49,775 bases of DNA from a virus (Duplodnaviria; Caudoviricetes): positions 1 to 49,775 of the IMG/VR virus record IMGVR_UViG_3300048630_000721. The stretch is one strand, 5' to 3'. The notes under the pieces are model-generated. The model did not search any database, was not told the origin of the DNA, and saw only the letters and a list, made by a program, of their open reading frames with translations. Positions within the stretch are counted from its first letter, which is position 1. Every line of letters starts with the position of its first letter. The position numbers and the translations under genes are program-made. Positions 17,955-27,722 of this stretch are shown here, one piece after another.

Positions 17955-18347
17955 TTAGCTGTGCGTCGTGCTGGTCATGTTGATCGACCAGCGGTCTCTG
18001 CGTTTCGTATCGAGCTCGACATGAATCGGCTCGTCACACTCCCAGCCGACGTAGCCAGCGGGGGCTTGCTTGTGCAGCGCATCGAAGACCTCATCGACCT
18101 TCTCACGCGCTATCGTGTATCCGTTCTTCGCGCTCCTGATCTGGATCTGGACGCGCTTTACTCTCAAATCATTGCCATCCGGCCCGGTCAGATCGGGCAC
18201 AGGGGGCAATCCGCCCGTTTCGAGCACTGTGACTGCGGCATCTGGGAAGCCATCACCGTCTCGCATCGGCCCGCGAAACAAGTCGGTCCCGCTGGTGCCA
18301 AGCCCCGCATTCTCGATCACGGTCACGATGTCTCCCTCGAGGCTCAT
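17955..18347 (-). CDS. Tail terminator / minor capsid-like protein
   Basis: LFRGPM..PDAAVTVLETGG..VQIQIRS..R.RWSIN pattern; synteny. Confidence 0.75.
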   Translation of the reverse strand: MSLEGDIVTVIENAGLGTSGTDLFRGPMRDGDGFPDAAVTVLETGGLPPVPDLTGPDGNDLRVKRVQIQIRSAKNGYTIAREKVDEVFDALHKQAPAGYVGWECDEPIHVELDTKRRDRWSINMTSTTHS

Positions 18348-18760
18348 GTCTTTGGCCTCGTCGGGTATTTGCCGCTCGGCGTCCCGCCCCGCTCGGCGTG
18401 CTTTTCTGCCTCTCTCGCGACGATGTGAAGAGACCCCCTGGCCTCTTCCATGATCGCTTTTTCGAGGAACTTCGGTTCGCCGCTGTCGTGGCTAACCTCC
18501 GTCTTTTCGTGCACTGCTGGAGCGTGCTCGGCGCCAAAGCCAACCTCGACGCTCCCAACCTGGCCGGTGAGCTGCGGCGTGGCCACATAGGCCGAATCCT
18601 TGAGCGCGCCAGTGTCTTCGGGCACGCGCTTGATCGTGGCGTCCATGACCTTCTCGCCGAGGCGAAACAAGCCGATGACGACTGACTGCGGCACGCTCTT
18701 TCGCAACTGTTCGAGCTTTCGCTGAATGCGCTCTGTTCCCTCGATGCGGTAATTAGCCAC
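18344..18760 (-). CDS. HK97 gp10-like neck protein
   Basis: VPEDTGALKDS, A.AVHE, PKFLEKA motifs. Confidence 0.8.
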   Translation of the reverse strand: MANYRIEGTERIQRKLEQLRKSVPQSVVIGLFRLGEKVMDATIKRVPEDTGALKDSAYVATPQLTGQVGSVEVGFGAEHAPAVHEKTEVSHDSGEPKFLEKAIMEEARGSLHIVAREAEKHAERGGTPSGKYPTRPKT

Positions 18761-19082
18761 AGAGCGCCTCTCTCAAGACTGCGCTGGAGTCCTCCATATC
18801 GGTGGCCTCGTCGATCTTTCGGACGTGCAGCGCCACGCTGTCGTCGCTTGTATCCGCGCCAGGCCGCCAGACCTTGGCGGTGCGGACAAGCGGAGCTTCG
18901 GTCTGGAACACGTCGGTGATGCGCTCGCTCTCGTTGTCGACCCCGCTCTCGAGCTGGCTGGTTTTTTCGTGAGCGCAGTCGGCCATCTGCAACGCGCCGT
19001 AGATCGGTTGACCCGCAGCATCGAGCCCTGTCGGGAGCTTGTAGCCAAAGCGCTTGTCGAAGTTTTCACGCCACCACGTCAT
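18753..19082 (-). CDS. Head closure / head-tail adaptor
   Basis: Synteny; DAAGQPIYG motif; TGATG coupling. Confidence 0.6.
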   Translation of the reverse strand: MTWWRENFDKRFGYKLPTGLDAAGQPIYGALQMADCAHEKTSQLESGVDNESERITDVFQTEAPLVRTAKVWRPGADTSDDSVALHVRKIDEATDMEDSSAVLREALCG

Positions 19083-19738
19083 CAATGCCTCCACTGGTAA
19101 CGAGCCACCGCCTCTCTCGCGATCTGCGGGAGGGCGCTTGCAGCCTTGTGGTCATAGGAGATCTTGCCTCGCAACGTGCCCCGGCTCGTCACCGCCACAT
19201 CCCTGCCCTTGCTCTTGTAGCGTTGGGCAGCCATGACGATGACGGCCTCTTCGATGTCGTATGGAAGCGAGCGCGTGAGCTCTGCGTCATCGGCGTCTTG
19301 CTGGGGCGTCACGAACCCACCGGCGTAGGCCACCTCGATCAGGTCGCGCTGCGTCGAGGCGACTGGATCGAAGTTGACGCCGACCAGGTCCGCGGTCTCG
19401 GGCCAGCAGCCGTTGACACGCTCGATCAGCCCTGCGTTCGCGTTGGCGATGCGGTAGTCGTTCGCGTCGTAGGTCGTCGTGCTGCTTCCGGTAGAGAGCT
19501 TGATCGAAGCGATCGAGACGATGGGGGCGCGACGGACAATGATGAGCCCGGTGCCGCCACCCTTGACGCGCTCGACGGCGCTGGCGCTGTAGGCAAACTC
19601 CCTCCGACACAACGACGCGAAGCGCTCCGAGGCGGCGTTGATGAGCCGCTCGAGCGTCGTGTCGTAGTCGCCTGTGGTGATCCCGAGCTCATCCCGGAGG
19701 TTCGCCACGGTGGTGAGAGCGTTTACCGACAGCGCCAT
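19082..19738 (-). CDS. Head-tail connector (gp6/gp15-like)
   Basis: LTTVANLRDELGI..D..LERLINAAS, IEVAYAGG, LPYDIEEAV motifs. Confidence 0.85.
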   Translation of the reverse strand: MALSVNALTTVANLRDELGITTGDYDTTLERLINAASERFASLCRREFAYSASAVERVKGGGTGLIIVRRAPIVSIASIKLSTGSSTTTYDANDYRIANANAGLIERVNGCWPETADLVGVNFDPVASTQRDLIEVAYAGGFVTPQQDADDAELTRSLPYDIEEAVIVMAAQRYKSKGRDVAVTSRGTLRGKISYDHKAASALPQIAREAVARYQWRH

Positions 19739-19741
19739 CGA

Positions 19742-20104
19742 TCAGCCCTCCTCTTCGAGCAGGCGGTCGACGAGCTCTGCCTTCTTGCCGGTGACAGGTA
19801 GGCCGAGTTCACCGAGCTGCTTCTTGAGATCGTCGACGTTCAGCGCCTCGAGTTCTTCGCGCTTTGACGGCGCTTCAGGCTCTTCGGCCTCGGGCGCTTC
19901 AGGCGCCTCGGCTTGCGCTTCCTTGGCTGCCTTCGCCGCCCTTGCTGCTTCGAGCGCCTTGGCTCGGGCGTCCGCGTCTTCGGCGACGCCCCTGTCGATG
20001 AGCTTCTTGGCGACGTGCTCTTCGTATCCGCCCGCAACTTCGCCTGCATTGAGGCTCCCGTAGGGCTTCAGGAAGTAGAGTCGTTTTTTTGTTTTGACGG
20101 CCAT
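19742..20104 (-). CDS. SAP/HeH-domain head accessory protein
   Basis: C-terminal LNVDDLKKQLGELGLPVTGKKAELVDRL is a SAP motif. Confidence 0.8.
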   Translation of the reverse strand: MAVKTKKRLYFLKPYGSLNAGEVAGGYEEHVAKKLIDRGVAEDADARAKALEAARAAKAAKEAQAEAPEAPEAEEPEAPSKREELEALNVDDLKKQLGELGLPVTGKKAELVDRLLEEEG

Positions 20105-20139
20105 GCCGCTCTCCATCGCTTCGCGTTAAATGATTCGTG

Positions 20140-20164
20140 CTGGCGGGGCAGCGAGCCCCGCCAG
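20140..20164 (-). other. Strong intergenic hairpin (mRNA stabiliser or attenuator)
   Basis: CTGGCGGGGC/GCCCCGCCAG 10-bp stem; no U-tract after it on the minus strand. Confidence 0.5.
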
Positions 20165-20170
20165 AAAACG

Positions 20171-20605
20171 TCAGGCTGGCAACTCGTCTGCGCCGCCAAG
20201 GATCAGCGATGCCGCGATGTCATTCGCCGGACTTGAGCCACCGGTGAAGCTCGACTCGCTGGCGTCATAGGTGACGCGCAGGTAGCGCTTGAGCGCCTGG
20301 AAATCGACATCGAGCTCCGACAGCGTGTCGTCTTCCGTGATGTCGATCGTGATGTCGTTGCCGTTCTTGTCCTGAGCGGTGGTGAACGTCGAGTTGTCCG
20401 ACGACTCCTCCAGGACGAAGCGATGCGTCTGGGCTGACGGTGAGCCGGTCGCCGAGCCCGTCTGAGCCTGCATCACGCCAGAGCCATAGCCCTGGCGATC
20501 GAAGCCCGTGCCGTTGACATCCGAACCGGCATCGACGTTCTGGATCGGGATCGAGTTGTTGTTGGTCTTGATGTAGTGGCCGATGTCGTTTTGCCGTGGG
20601 TTCAT
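20171..20605 (-). CDS. Putative capsid decoration/cement protein
   Basis: Directly after the major capsid gene; beta-rich, LEESSDNSTFT and KRYLRV motifs; GAGGAG SD. Confidence 0.7.
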   Translation of the reverse strand: MNPRQNDIGHYIKTNNNSIPIQNVDAGSDVNGTGFDRQGYGSGVMQAQTGSATGSPSAQTHRFVLEESSDNSTFTTAQDKNGNDITIDITEDDTLSELDVDFQALKRYLRVTYDASESSFTGGSSPANDIAASLILGGADELPA

Positions 20606-20650
20606 ATCCCCATCTCCTCTGTAGCTGTCCCTGTTTGCGATATGGGCCGG

Positions 20651-20681
20651 GTGACGCGGATGGGCAACCCACCCGCGTCAC
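20651..20681 (-). other. Hairpin downstream of the major capsid gene
   Basis: GTGACGCGGGTGGG/CCCATCCGCGTCAC 14-bp stem on the minus strand. Confidence 0.5.
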
Positions 20682-20686
20682 GAAAC

Positions 20687-22000
20687 TCAAGCGTCGAAGC
20701 TTGAGCCCCAGCGGCAGTTCTCGATCACGGAAAACGCGGTGTTGTGACGAAGCGCGAAGTCGACGCGGTGCGTGAGTCGCAACACGACCTGGTCCGTCTG
20801 GAAGCCGTGGACCGTGTCGCCGTTGCCATCGACGTAGGAAGCCGCGGGCGCCTCGTCGATGCGGATGTCGGTGGTCTCGCCGATGAGCGCCTCGGCGAAG
20901 TCGCCGTAGTAGATCTCGGTGTTGTCGTCGTTTCCACCGTTGGAGAGGTTCTTGGGGATGTTGTTGGTGTCGCCCACCGGCGCGCCCATCAGCGTCCCCG
21001 CCATGAGCTCCTGCAAGAAGACGGGGAAGCCATCGTCCGTGCGGAGTTTCATCAGCGCGTACTTGACGCGCGGGTTCATCATCCAGCCAGGGCGGAGAAC
21101 GTCGTGGTTTGCGACATCGACCTTGTACATCGCCTTGAGCAAGTCGCTCGTCGCTTGAGCCACCGTCGGATCTGCGGCGGCGGCGTCGAACTTCTGACCA
21201 GCCGCGAGCCAGTGGTAGATCCCTTTTGGCTTGGCCTGGCTGCCCGCGCCGCGGATAAACGCCGAATCCTCTCCGATCACGGCGACCTTGGTCATATCCT
21301 GACGGATCAGCGTTTCGGCACCGGCGGGGGCCTGCTCGATGAGATCGTTGGAGATGGGCACGAGGACCGCGCCCTTCTTCGCGCTCAGGATGAGAGCGTC
21401 AGTCCCGAGCTGCGACACGGTGATGGAGCCGCCTTCACCGACCCAGTAATGCTGGGCGGTGGCGTTTTGGCGCCCGAGGTTCAAGTTGCCGTTGGGCATC
21501 TCGATGATGTTGGCGCCCATCATGCGGACCACGCTCTTGTTGTAGAGGTAGCCGATGAAGTCGAGCGAGTAGTCTTCCGGGATCAGCGTCCCGCCAGCGC
21601 TGGCGTCGCTTGCCTCGAGCGCCTTGACGATGCCGTGGCGCCCGGCAGCCTTCGCGGCGTCGACGGGACTGATGCCTTCGGTCTTGGCCTTGGCCAGACA
21701 CAACAGCATCCCTGCCGCGCCTTCGCCGGTGAAGGCGAGATCGTCAGCCTTGCCAGCGAAGCGTTTGTTGCGAAGCCCATCGACATCGAGGCGCTTGCTT
21801 GGCGAACCGAACAGTAGCGACTTGAACGCGGCCTGCTCGGTCTTGGCGCGCTCGGCGCCGTTCATCTTTTGCCAGTCCCTCCAGCGCTTCTCGAGGTTCT
21901 CCTCGATCTGCTCGCCCACATCTTCCATCAGGAAGTTGCGGGTTTCGCTCTTGATGAAGTCGATGAGCTGGTCTTTGCTCAGGTCCAATGTCTCAGGCAT
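20687..22000 (-). CDS. Major capsid protein, HK97 fold
   Basis: AGGTLIPED, WVGEG, ISNDLI, ED.AFIRG.G, WMMNP, YYGDF motifs. Confidence 0.95.
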   Translation of the reverse strand: MPETLDLSKDQLIDFIKSETRNFLMEDVGEQIEENLEKRWRDWQKMNGAERAKTEQAAFKSLLFGSPSKRLDVDGLRNKRFAGKADDLAFTGEGAAGMLLCLAKAKTEGISPVDAAKAAGRHGIVKALEASDASAGGTLIPEDYSLDFIGYLYNKSVVRMMGANIIEMPNGNLNLGRQNATAQHYWVGEGGSITVSQLGTDALILSAKKGAVLVPISNDLIEQAPAGAETLIRQDMTKVAVIGEDSAFIRGAGSQAKPKGIYHWLAAGQKFDAAAADPTVAQATSDLLKAMYKVDVANHDVLRPGWMMNPRVKYALMKLRTDDGFPVFLQELMAGTLMGAPVGDTNNIPKNLSNGGNDDNTEIYYGDFAEALIGETTDIRIDEAPAASYVDGNGDTVHGFQTDQVVLRLTHRVDFALRHNTAFSVIENCRWGSSFDA

Positions 22001-22021
22001 TGCATGTCTCCTGTCGTCTGA

Positions 22022-23023
22022 TCACAAGATCAACCGGACAAACACCGGCTGCTCCTTGGTTTCGGAGTCGCCGGTTGGCTCCTCGTCTTCGGTTGTTTCT
22101 GGTTCGGGGGCGTCCTCCACGGCGGGAGGCTCTTCGGCGGGCTCGTCGACAGCCTTGGCGGGAGCGCCGAGGATGGCGCTCGTCTTTGCTGCGACGCGAT
22201 CAGCGAGCTCATCGACCTCGAGCAACGCGCCTTTGAACGCCTCGATGCGCTCGAAGGAGTCGCCAAAGTCGAGGTTCAAGTCGACCGACAACCCGTTTCC
22301 AACGCTCTTCTTTGGCGGCTCCAGGTCGGCGACGACTTGCTGGAAAAAAGCGTGGCTCTTTCCATGCTTCCACGTCTCCTCGAAGACCTTGCGGCGCGTC
22401 GCGTCGTCGATGGGGAGCGTGTCGAGGATCTCGCCAGCCCACTTCGCAAGCGGCGCGGTGTTGATACCTATCGAACGCGCTTCGACGAGCGCTTCAGGGT
22501 TGGCGGGCACCGGCACGCATGAATCTTCGAGCAGTTCCTGCTCTTCGTAGTCGACCGCCCAATAGCCCCTGTCCTCGTTCCACGCCCACTTGATCGGACG
22601 AAAGCCCACGGACTTGGCGGACATGAACCCGTTTTTGTAGAGACGGTAGACTGACTCTACGAACTCGAAGTGGCCCGCCGTGGTCTCGTCCTCGCCGATG
22701 AACTGTGTATCAGCCTTGAGCTTCCCGTCCTCGATCCGCGTGTTGAGGTTGCGGCCAATGGGGAGGATTCGAGAGTTGTGACACCACAGCACGACCGGGT
22801 TCTTCTCGTAGTTTTCGAGATTCCAGCCATCCACGGAGATCACGTCTTGCTCGCGATCGACGCTATCGGTCGAGATCACAAACGGGATGATGCGCTTTTC
22901 CTCGTCGACCTCGCCCATCTTGGCGACGAACGCCTTGATTGTGGGCTCATCAGACTCAATCGCCTTGAGCTTTTCGGCGCGCTTTTGTTCGATGATTTCT
23001 TGGGGTGGCGCTGCTTCAGGCAT
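22022..23023 (-). CDS. HK97-family prohead protease
   Basis: VDREQDVI..GW, NPVVLWCH, SVGFRP, ELLEDSCVPVPANPEA. Confidence 0.92.
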   Translation of the reverse strand: MPEAAPPQEIIEQKRAEKLKAIESDEPTIKAFVAKMGEVDEEKRIIPFVISTDSVDREQDVISVDGWNLENYEKNPVVLWCHNSRILPIGRNLNTRIEDGKLKADTQFIGEDETTAGHFEFVESVYRLYKNGFMSAKSVGFRPIKWAWNEDRGYWAVDYEEQELLEDSCVPVPANPEALVEARSIGINTAPLAKWAGEILDTLPIDDATRRKVFEETWKHGKSHAFFQQVVADLEPPKKSVGNGLSVDLNLDFGDSFERIEAFKGALLEVDELADRVAAKTSAILGAPAKAVDEPAEEPPAVEDAPEPETTEDEEPTGDSETKEQPVFVRLIL

Positions 23024-24372
23024 CAGGCGACCTCCTGGTTTATAATCAACCGCACAATCGGCTGGTCGTCGGGGATGTGACTGAGTGGAGAGGGGAGCGG
23101 CGGTGGCGTCGCGCTGCGTCGGATCGGCGCGATGTCGATGATGTCGCCAGCTTCGACCTCTTCCCAGTGGTCGGCCTGGCGGAGGTAGATATCGCCACCG
23201 CGGAGCGCCGGAAGCCCGCCGACCTCGCGAATCTCGTTGACAGTGAATGCTTCCGGGCAGATCTGCATCGCCTCGAGGCGGCCCGAACGGTCAAGCGGCG
23301 TCGGGTCTTGAAAACCGAACTCGACGCCATTGACGTCGACGCCCATCGCATCGAGCCTTGGGAGCATCTTGGTGTTGAGCTGGAGACGACGCGCGTTCGC
23401 TGCTGGCAGCAGCACGATCTCGGCGAGGATCGCGAGCGCCTCCTTGATCGTAGAGCGGTTGCTCGCGGCGAGTTGGCCGATCAACTCGGGCGGGACGTGG
23501 TAGAGTTGGCGGATCGCGTCCGCCGAGAATTTCCGCAGCTCGGCGACGTCGAGATCTTTGAACTGCGTCTGGAGTTCGATCACGTCGAGCGCAGTGCCGG
23601 TGAAGAATGTCTGATGCGCCTTCTTGGGGTTTGCGGCGCGCTGGTCCCACGTCGCCTGGAAGGCATCGACCGCGCTCTGATCCGCCGCGCCTTCCTTGGT
23701 GTGGAGGCCGATGATGCGGTTCGGGGATGCGCCGTTGTAGAAGAATGCCTTGTTGTAATCCGCAGCGTACTCGGCGGTCTGAATGTCCGAGGACGCGGGG
23801 GCGCCCTTGCCGATGCCACGACCATAAGGATCGACCACGCTTCGCTTTTTGAGCCAGACGATCTCCTCTTCGGAGAACGTCGCCCGACCGCCGCGGGGGA
23901 AGTTGCAATCAAAGACCCAGCGACCATGCTCGAAGCGGGGTGTGACCCACGTCGGGTTGAGCGGATAGACCTCGACTTGGCCGCGCCCAACTTCGGAGAG
24001 ACGAAGGATCACTTCGCCAAGGATCGAATCCCAGGCAGACTCGAGCTCGCGCTGTTCGAATCCGGACATCTCGCCGGGCTGCGGGTGGTCGATGATCGAC
24101 TGGAGTGGGTGGCCAACGATCGCGTTCTCGAGCGTCGTCGGCTTGTCGCCGGACTCAATCACGCCCCATCGGGTCGACGCCTGTCGAGATGCGATCAACT
24201 CGACAGGCGTCGAGAATTCGAGGCTTGCATGGTAGAGCGCCAACAACTCGCGAGCGCCCAAGCGAGGCGGCGAAGACCAGTGCCCTCGAACCGACACGTC
24301 AGACATTCGAGGCGGAACACCGCCCCAGCCTTTGCCGGTCGCCCAAGAAAAAAAATTGGCCAGAAGACCCAC
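23023..24372 (-). CDS. Portal protein (HK97 family)
   Basis: VYPLNPTWV, FFYNGASP, IRQLYHVPPELIG, TVNEIREVGGLP. Confidence 0.92.
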   Translation of the reverse strand: MGLLANFFSWATGKGWGGVPPRMSDVSVRGHWSSPPRLGARELLALYHASLEFSTPVELIASRQASTRWGVIESGDKPTTLENAIVGHPLQSIIDHPQPGEMSGFEQRELESAWDSILGEVILRLSEVGRGQVEVYPLNPTWVTPRFEHGRWVFDCNFPRGGRATFSEEEIVWLKKRSVVDPYGRGIGKGAPASSDIQTAEYAADYNKAFFYNGASPNRIIGLHTKEGAADQSAVDAFQATWDQRAANPKKAHQTFFTGTALDVIELQTQFKDLDVAELRKFSADAIRQLYHVPPELIGQLAASNRSTIKEALAILAEIVLLPAANARRLQLNTKMLPRLDAMGVDVNGVEFGFQDPTPLDRSGRLEAMQICPEAFTVNEIREVGGLPALRGGDIYLRQADHWEEVEAGDIIDIAPIRRSATPPPLPSPLSHIPDDQPIVRLIINQEVA

Positions 24373-24429
24373 GAGTCACCTCGTAAGTTCCTCCGGCCTC
24401 TTGCCAGGAGTTAAGAGTTATTGTGTGAG

Positions 24430-24458
24430 AGCCTACCGGCTTCGATCCGGTTTTGCAA
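24430..24458 (-). promoter_or_regulatory. Putative sigma70-type promoter for the head-tail operon
   Basis: TTGCAA-N17-TAGGCT in the 110-bp gap between terminase and portal. Confidence 0.5.
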
Positions 24459-24481
24459 CACGTGTCAAGGTGAAAATGATT

Positions 24482-26002
24482 TCAGCCGCCGCTGACCGCG
24501 AAGCCAAACGAGCCCTTCCCGTGTTGTGATGTCCACCAGTTGATCAGCTGCGTGCTCGCGTCGATGTCGTCGTCATTCGCGATCCTCGGGAACTTCCCGT
24601 AGCGCACCTTCTTGTCATGCACGCCGATGGTCTGCCCCGGCTTCTGCGGGTCGACATACTCGACGCCGAGCGAGGGATCGGGAAACCACACCTGCTCGGC
24701 GTCAAACGTCGGCGCCGCAGCGTGAGCCCTCGCTTCCTTGTTCTTGCTGACCGTGATCTCGAGCACGCGAGGCAGCTCCTTCTTGAGCACGTTGACGACC
24801 TCGTAGCCGTTGGCCGCGCCCTCGACGATGGTCGCGTGGATGCCGTTCTTCGAGATCGCCGCCCACTTGTAGTAAAGCCCGCGGATCGCCTCGATGGTCG
24901 CGGTGAGGTCGAGCCGCTCCATCACCTCGTCGAGGAAGTAGAAGTTTGGCCCCGTGATCGCCCACGCCTGGATGCAGACAAAGTCGGAGTCCTTCTTATC
25001 CTTGAAGGTGCAATCGACGCTCAGGACGAGCTTGTCGCAATGCGTCGCGATTCGCTCGGGTGTCGCCTTGTAATGCTGGATGTATTTGACGTGGAGGATT
25101 TGGGCATCTGGCGAAACAGGGTCTTGCTGCTCCTGGCCAGCGTAGCCATCCTCGCCGAGCATGATCTTGTTCTTCCTGTCCACATCCTCATCGACGCGAG
25201 CAGGGAACAGCAGCTCGCCTTGCTCGGTGCGGGGATCTTCAAAGCCGATGCTGGTGACACACTTGCGCTTCGGGTCAAAGCGTTGCGGCAACACCAACCA
25301 CTCCCAGTCAAACTCGGCGAGTTGCTCCCTGATCTCGCCAAAGACATCCATCTCATGCAAGCGCTGGGCAATGCCGACGACCGCGTCCGTCTTGAGGTCG
25401 TGTCGACGGTTCAGGTAAGTCTTGCGAAACCAGATGTTCGCAGCCTCCCTGATCGCGTCAGAGTGCGCGTCATCCGAGTCGAGCAAATCATCGAAGATGA
25501 GTCGATGAGCTCGCCAACCAACGTTCCCTGATTTCGGCGAGGTCGCGCGCTGCATCCCGCCAAAGACGTTCTCGAAGTGGGTCTTGCCATCGGCAGCCTT
25601 CTTTAACGGCAGCGGACCAAAGCTCTCCTGCCACCACGCCGATTTGATAAGGTCGCGAACCTTCAGGTTGTCTCGCGTCGACAAAGCCTTGTCATGGCTC
25701 GCACGTTGATACTGGAGCTCGGGGTGGTCGATCCACTCCCAGGAAGGCCAGAACACCGACACCGACAGCGACTTCATCATCCCAGGCGGGATGTTGATGA
25801 GCAGGTATTGGATCTCGCCAGCGGTGACGGCCTCGAGGTGCTCGGCGATGGCGTCGATGTGCCAGTTGTGAACGTAGTCCGCAGTATCGATCTGCGGCCA
25901 CGCCAGCCGGATGTACGCGCTCAGACTCTTGCGAGCGAGCCGAACGGCCTTCTCCTGCTTCAACCGCAGCTTTTGTATCTTTGCCTGCCTCGCCGTCAGC
26001 AC
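24482..26002 (-). CDS. terL: Terminase large subunit
   Basis: LLINIPPGMMKS Walker A variant, LIFDD Walker B, SVDCTFK..DF and DDDIDA nuclease acidic residues. Confidence 0.95.
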   Translation of the reverse strand: MLTARQAKIQKLRLKQEKAVRLARKSLSAYIRLAWPQIDTADYVHNWHIDAIAEHLEAVTAGEIQYLLINIPPGMMKSLSVSVFWPSWEWIDHPELQYQRASHDKALSTRDNLKVRDLIKSAWWQESFGPLPLKKAADGKTHFENVFGGMQRATSPKSGNVGWRAHRLIFDDLLDSDDAHSDAIREAANIWFRKTYLNRRHDLKTDAVVGIAQRLHEMDVFGEIREQLAEFDWEWLVLPQRFDPKRKCVTSIGFEDPRTEQGELLFPARVDEDVDRKNKIMLGEDGYAGQEQQDPVSPDAQILHVKYIQHYKATPERIATHCDKLVLSVDCTFKDKKDSDFVCIQAWAITGPNFYFLDEVMERLDLTATIEAIRGLYYKWAAISKNGIHATIVEGAANGYEVVNVLKKELPRVLEITVSKNKEARAHAAAPTFDAEQVWFPDPSLGVEYVDPQKPGQTIGVHDKKVRYGKFPRIANDDDIDASTQLINWWTSQHGKGSFGFAVSGG

Positions 26003-26005
26003 GAC

Positions 26006-26617
26006 TCACCCCGCGTCGTCGATGATGTCGTCGAGCCGCTCGATCTCTTTCTCGAGCTCTTCCTCGCTCATGTCCTCTTCGGGGCGCTTGACGGTGAGCT
26101 GCTGGTTGTCGGTGAACATCGCGTGAGCGCGACCGATATGCACCAGCGCCGCCATCGGATCGTGGATCTTGATCTTGACCTGGCCGTCATCGATCTGCAC
26201 CTCCTTGAGCAAATCGAGCGAGTCCTGAGCCTCGACGCCAGTCAAGTCGATGATGACCTCGCTGTTCAAGGTGTTGATGAAGGGCTCGAGCGAGCCTCTG
26301 GCCATCCGCGTCAGCCTCGCCAAGACCTCATCCTTGCCCATCGACAGCTTCTCCAAACGCTCCTCGATGGCCTTCTTGATGTCTGCATCTGACAACAGCC
26401 GATGAGCCTCGCGATTCGCCGTCGCTTCCGCAAAGCCAGCCTCTCTCGCCGCCTTGGCGCCGTTGAGATAGATGGGGTAGAGCTCGACGAACCGCTGACG
26501 CTTGGCGGTGAGATCATTGTCTGGCTCATACCCAGGACGATGCTGATAGCACCAGCCATCGTCACCGCCCTCGCGCTGGCATGGCTTGTTGCTCTTTGTC
26601 TTACCCTTGCACTTCAT
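26006..26617 (-). CDS. terS: Terminase small subunit
   Basis: LTAKRQRFVELY..NGAKAAREAGF..A.RLL motif; directly upstream of terL. Confidence 0.9.
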   Translation of the reverse strand: MKCKGKTKSNKPCQREGGDDGWCYQHRPGYEPDNDLTAKRQRFVELYPIYLNGAKAAREAGFAEATANREAHRLLSDADIKKAIEERLEKLSMGKDEVLARLTRMARGSLEPFINTLNSEVIIDLTGVEAQDSLDLLKEVQIDDGQVKIKIHDPMAALVHIGRAHAMFTDNQQLTVKRPEEDMSEEELEKEIERLDDIIDDAG

Positions 26618-27221
26618 AGATCATCTCCCCAACGCGGACGCCCGGCGGACACAAAATGAGCCCTGGAATGTTGGCGTGCTTGAACGTGCGACGCATAACA
26701 ACAGTGGCAACCCAAAGCGCCGCTTCAAAGCCAAGGCTGTAGCGCCTCGCGTCGCTGACGAAATCCTGGACGTAGGCGCCCTCCGCCCAAAACTCACCAT
26801 CCCAGCTAAACGTAAAGTTCAACGGGCTCTCGTCGAGATCTGAATCAACTACCTCGGCTGCATAGTGATTGAACCAAAGTGACCATGATTGCCTGTGCGT
26901 AGCAGCACCTTCGATCAACTCGAGCTTCATATCTGGCACCCCATCCATTGCCATGCCATATGGGGGTGAGAGCCAAAGCCCAAACTCATCAGCATCCGGC
27001 AGACGATCCGGGTGCATCTCCGGCAGCCTCGATGCTTGCGTCACGAACTCGGCAAGAAGGCCACGTTCGGCAATGACGCCCATGGCGTAACGATGCGCAT
27101 CGATGCGACCCTCCTTGGGCCAGCCAAACAACAACTCGGCAATCGCCATCCACGCCGCATCAGTGATCCTGTCCGCGTGAAGCAACGCCCGCAGCTCGCT
27201 CATCTCGTCATTGCTTGGCAT
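26601..27221 (-). CDS. Hypothetical protein, GELRS..W N-terminal module family
   Basis: AGGAGG SD; SELRALL..AWMAIAELLFGWP...YA. Confidence 0.7.
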   Translation of the reverse strand: MPSNDEMSELRALLHADRITDAAWMAIAELLFGWPKEGRIDAHRYAMGVIAERGLLAEFVTQASRLPEMHPDRLPDADEFGLWLSPPYGMAMDGVPDMKLELIEGAATHRQSWSLWFNHYAAEVVDSDLDESPLNFTFSWDGEFWAEGAYVQDFVSDARRYSLGFEAALWVATVVMRRTFKHANIPGLILCPPGVRVGEMIYEVQG

Positions 27222-27444
27222 CGAGCGCCTCCTTTGGCGTCAAGCCGCTGTTAGCTGCGTTGTCAGCGCAGTCAAGACAGATAAAGCCATACACCCCGTC
27301 AAAATCCCAAACAGTCCTGAGCCTTCTCGGGGTCGAGTCACAGACGCCACACTTCAACGGCATCTCCTTCGACTGGCCATTCATACTCACGATGGCTTTT
27401 GTCGAAGGGTGCTTGGTCAAATCTACTACCATGCCATCCGCCAT
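27208..27444 (-). CDS. Small Zn-binding hypothetical protein
   Basis: CGVC and CLDC pairs; TGATG coupling. Confidence 0.6.
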   Translation of the reverse strand: MADGMVVDLTKHPSTKAIVSMNGQSKEMPLKCGVCDSTPRRLRTVWDFDGVYGFICLDCADNAANSGLTPKEALDAKQ

Positions 27445-27722
27445 CACTCCTCCCGAAGCAACTTCATGAACTGCTCCACGTGATCTGGCCATATGTCGAC
27501 CTTGGCGCAGGGCGGACCCGCGTAGTCGTGCTTTATCGACCCGTTCTCCTCGCCAACGATCGCGACATGCCGCTCCATGCGAATCGCACTGAGAAGCGCC
27601 GGACGATCAGCGATGGCCTCCAACAACTCCTTCGCCTTGTCGCCATCCACCACGCCGCGAAACTCGAACACCACGAACTGCTTACCTTCGCTCATCTCGA
27701 TCTCCTCTTTGTCTTCACTCAT
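27444..27722 (-). CDS. Hypothetical protein
   Basis: Coupled ORF in the minus-strand operon. Confidence 0.6.
   Translation of the reverse strand: MSEDKEEIEMSEGKQFVVFEFRGVVDGDKAKELLEAIADRPALLSAIRMERHVAIVGEENGSIKHDYAGPPCAKVDIWPDHVEQFMKLLREE

Noticed and set aside
24453-24468. Sigma54 promoter (TGACAC...TTGC)
   Set aside because: Lacks the GG dinucleotide and the spacing is too short for a -24/-12 element.
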